DNA of 64,000 nt, taken from NCBI GenBank assembly GCA_040285855.1, contig JAUFOQ010000004.1:744001-808000 (forward strand), read 5' to 3'. A model generated the notes under the pieces. It ran no database searches and had not been told where the DNA came from. It worked only from the letters and a program-made list of their open reading frames with translations. Numbering within the stretch: the first letter of the stretch is position 1; every line of letters starts with the position of its first letter. The DNA comes from Eukaryota sp. GEM-RC1 (taxonomy: Eukaryota). Positions 60,711-64,000 of this stretch are shown here, one piece after another. The translations under genes were made by a program, and so were the position numbers.

Positions 60711-62088
60711 CTATAACAACTCAAGGACTGAATGTTTCCAATGCAAACACCCAACAAGATGGTAGTTATCATTATCTAAAGAACTAATTTCTCTTGTACA
60801 ATTAAATCCAGGGTCTGACTCTTTTGTAACGGTTATTGAATTATTCACAAGATTAATTGTGATTTGAATAATTTCATTTGAGGGCCATACTCCATTAGGG
60901 GATCCTGGAGAATAGAAGTTGTTGTAAGCACTAAAGAAACAATGAGCATTTGACTTTGAGTAAACACCACCACCACTAACAAACTCTTTTCTAGGAATAA
61001 TTCCAATCATTAGACAATTACGAATAGACGAAAAAGGGCCATTCCTAGCCCTAACTTTATAGACATTTCCTGTAAGAAGAGGAGTTTCTGAAATAACATT
61101 ATACCAGTCAGTTGGACCATGGTGAGTAACAGTTTTTCCTCCATTTGAAATATTTAAATTTTGATGTTTAAGACTAGAAGAGAAACTCAAAACTGAAGAT
61201 TCAACAGGTTTTGCACATTCCTCCTGTTTTTCAACAATTTCCTTCAATTTAAATATTTGCTCATCTTTTTCCTTAATTAATTCAGTTGCTTCAACTAATT
61301 GTTCTTTTAACGCTAAATTTTCAGAAATTATTGACTCAAAAATATCGGACGTAATTGCTTAAAGTGAAACTTCATAACAATTTCTTCCAAATTTGAAATA
61401 TTCTCAAGAGGATTTAAAAACAGCTCATCCCAGTCTTTTAAAGTCAACAGGTTAACGTCAACAAGGGTCAGAATTTCAGATAATTCTTCAGAATTTATAG
61501 TTTCTGATTTAACTGAAGCCACAAGTGATTTTAAAAACCATTTAAAAGAACTTGAAGAAGTGCAAAATTCAAGTAAATTTTGGAGAAAAACAAATGGGAA
61601 AACAAATTCAGATTGTTGACAAACATTTTCAATTTCTCTAAGAAATTCTCCAACAAATTTTAATCCTCTCAAGTCTTCTTGTTCAACACACTTTGCCAAG
61701 AACTTACTGCACCAGTCCCAATTGGTCATTTTTGAAGGAAGAATCTCCATAAGAGTAGTCTCAAGATGATCACATTGGAAGTAAGTGGCGAGGTAGAAAA
61801 CGTCATAGACGTTAGAAGAAGTGAGGTCAATGGAGTGACCAAAGAACGAAGAGATGAAGGCGGAGAAAGACTCGGATGATATGGGCAAATGAGAGAAGTC
61901 CAAAGGGTTCTCGAAGCGATCTCCAAACTCCATAAACCAAAGAGAGAAGAAGTACTGAGAGTTGGAAGCAAGGACTGACTTAATAACAGAGAAGGATTCA
62001 CCATTAAAGATAATGGTTTGATCATGGAGACTGGAGTGTTGGACTGGAGTGTAGAGAGAGTGTTGGGTGAGGTGGATGTGAGTGACAT
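60711..62088 (-). CDS. BTB/POZ - coiled coil - SPRY protein, copy 3 (frameshifted)
   Basis: ORFs 61328..62179 and 60711..61247. Confidence 0.8.
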
Positions 62089-63269
62089 TGAAGGAGAGAA
62101 TTGAATGAAGATTATCTAAGAGATAACAGATCTTTCTATTAGGGATGGCGGCCGGCCCACTTTTTACTCTCGACTTCAAAGGGACGAAAATTCATACTGT
62201 ATCGGTTGTAGGTCAGTCTTTATATTCAAGAGTAGAAGTAACATCACTTCTTGTTTGTTTAACGTAGTGATGTGGAAAATTTATTTAATTATAATTAATT
62301 GAGTTAATTCCCTGAGAATTAATTACATTAATTGTACTTTACTGAAGCCTGGCAAAAAGGCATTGTTGTTTTTACATGTGTCGGACCCATTTGGGATTAA
62401 GAAATCAAACATATAACGACCAGTTATTCTCCCCAAAAGTGATCGGGAAAGATATTTTTTGACATAAACTCCTTTCGTGATCACTCTTGGGATATATACG
62501 TTAGACGAAGTGTATAGTGGATAGTTACACCATCCATCTATTAGCAAAACGAGTGATTTTACAAAATCGTTAAAGAGAGAATTGATGTAAGAACATTCGA
62601 TATGTATGTCTGTACTCTCCTTAGTATATGGTCGGGCAGATTGGCGGTAACAAATGTTTGAAGGTATAACCCATCATATTCAAAATTCTTGCACTTGTTT
62701 TATACAAAGATTGTCTTACGGTCATTCATTCAGAAGTACCGTATCCTTTGATATTATGTTTGAAACACAGAAACTGCTTAAGAAAACCCCCGAATTTAAC
62801 ACTAACTGTGACGGTAAACAAACAGTAGGATGCTGCTCGGTCAAATAGACGAATCTCTATATACCAGCAACAAACTTATCGAAAATATAATATAAATAGT
62901 GTTCACTTGGAACACACAACATCCGACTATTTACTATTTACAGCAATCTCATCTTCTACAAGTGTTACGTTCGACAGAGTTTGAGAGAAAAAGACTCAAC
63001 TTTGTTTTTTTGATGAGCTTGAGTATTTCACAAGTCATGTCTCAAGCCAATCCACTCTCTCGATCACTAAAGTAACTCATGTATTATAGAGAACGAGACC
63101 AATGAAGTTTACTTTCCGGCAATTTCTCTATATGTATTTATATTTTGTTTAATTTGTTTTATTTTGTTTTATTTGCATATTCTTCAAAAAGGCCCAAAAA
63201 GAAATAATAATACAAATAAATACAATTCATTAGAATTTGTATTTATTTATGAGGAGCCCTGGATATACT

Positions 63270-63515
63270 GTATTTAAAAAAACGGTTTTTATTTAATCAT
63301 ACAAATACAAACTACCATCAATATTCACAAATGAGATTCAAATACCTCTACATCATGTCAAATGCATGACTCAATGCAAAGAGACGGTCGAAAATCGAAT
63401 CAAAACACCTAAATAATGCTTTGAAGAGGAAAAACGTTTACCTTCCTCCCCAGTAATTCTTTGCATACTGTTTACACAATTTGCCAAAATCTATGAGAAA
63501 TTGTTGACCGAAGCT
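63270..63515 (-). mobile_element. CRE-like LINE 3' tip, family C
   Basis: Homologous to 28100-28350. Confidence 0.6.
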
Positions 63516-63635
63516 TGTTAATCACATACTTGTTGATCACACTCGTTTTGTCAGTGTGATCACAATCACAAATGCTGTTTATTGGGAAACAAACAGTTGA
63601 TAATACTGTATTATACTGTGTTTTTTTTTGCCTTC

Positions 63636-64000
63636 ATGTCTTTAAGAAATTCTGCCAGATTGTCTAGTCTTTCTCTTTCTAACCGTGAGTCTTCTGACTC
63701 TGGTGTTGTGAAGGGTAAGTCCAAATTACCATATCATCTGGCTAAAAAACTGGCAGGTACTTCTTCTTCCTCTATTACTACTCCTCCTCTTGCTGCTCCT
63801 GTTCGGGGGTATGCTCGGCTTTCAAATCGTTTAGTTCGTAAGTCATCTCATTCTTCTGTCTTTGCCTCCAACCAACCTTCTTCAGTTCGTTCTGCTTCTT
63901 CTCCTCTTAAAGCTGTTTCTTCTGTCTTTGATGGAAGTTGTTCTGTCTCTTCTCTTAAGTACTTAGCTCGAAACCCGTGTTTTTCTTCTTTTTCTTCATC
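63636..64000 (+). CDS. Ser-rich ORF open to the window end (unidentified; possibly the N-terminus of a retroelement protein)
   Basis: ATG at 63636, no stop for ~121 codons (MSLRNSARLSSLSLSNRESS...). Confidence 0.35.
   Translation, partial: MSLRNSARLSSLSLSNRESSDSGVVKGKSKLPYHLAKKLAGTSSSSITTPPLAAPVRGYARLSNRLVRKSSHSSVFASNQPSSVRSASSPLKAVSSVFDGSCSVSSLKYLARNPCFSSFSS

Noticed and set aside
60711..61190. Diversity-generating retroelement as the source of SPRY variation
   Set aside because: Differences include indels and changes at all bases rather than only adenines; no template repeat or DGR RT seen
1..64000. Alternative genetic code, tRNA or rRNA genes
   Set aside because: Conserved genes translate cleanly in the standard code, ending in TAA/TAG/TGA; breaks are frameshifts, not reassigned stops; no tRNA or rRNA recognised by eye

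Overview
AT-rich, gene-dense eukaryotic DNA with tiny (26-32 nt) GT-AG introns. It is probably from a flagellated protist (IFT46, CFAP206). A metamonad-like anaerobe is only a guess. Housekeeping genes (NCAPG2, WDR44-like, VPS29, IFT46, eL42, eS30, CFAP206, THOC1-like, kish, PPME1, cathepsin B) alternate with blocks of nested mobile DNA: at least ten hAT-type TIR elements with 8-bp TSDs, Tc1/pogo-type MITEs and many 5'-truncated CRE-like (RLE) non-LTR retrotransposons. The standout is a ~5.2 kb reading frame at 34280-39460, broken only by single-base frameshifts. It reads as one polyprotein: 2A-like peptide - two Ulp1/SENP-type proteases - family-B-polymerase-type DEDDy 3'-5' exonuclease - Fanzor (eukaryotic TnpB, RuvC). 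A conserved hairpin-rich omegaRNA-like end follows it. A second decayed copy (8441-10020) defines the right boundary and shares an Asn at the third RuvC catalytic position. Also present: a BTB-SPRY gene family with hypervariable SPRY loops, a B-box/FG-repeat/LRR protein and several bacterial-looking genes. Frequent homopolymer frameshifts in conserved genes suggest assembly indels. All family assignments come from motif recognition by eye; no searches were run.
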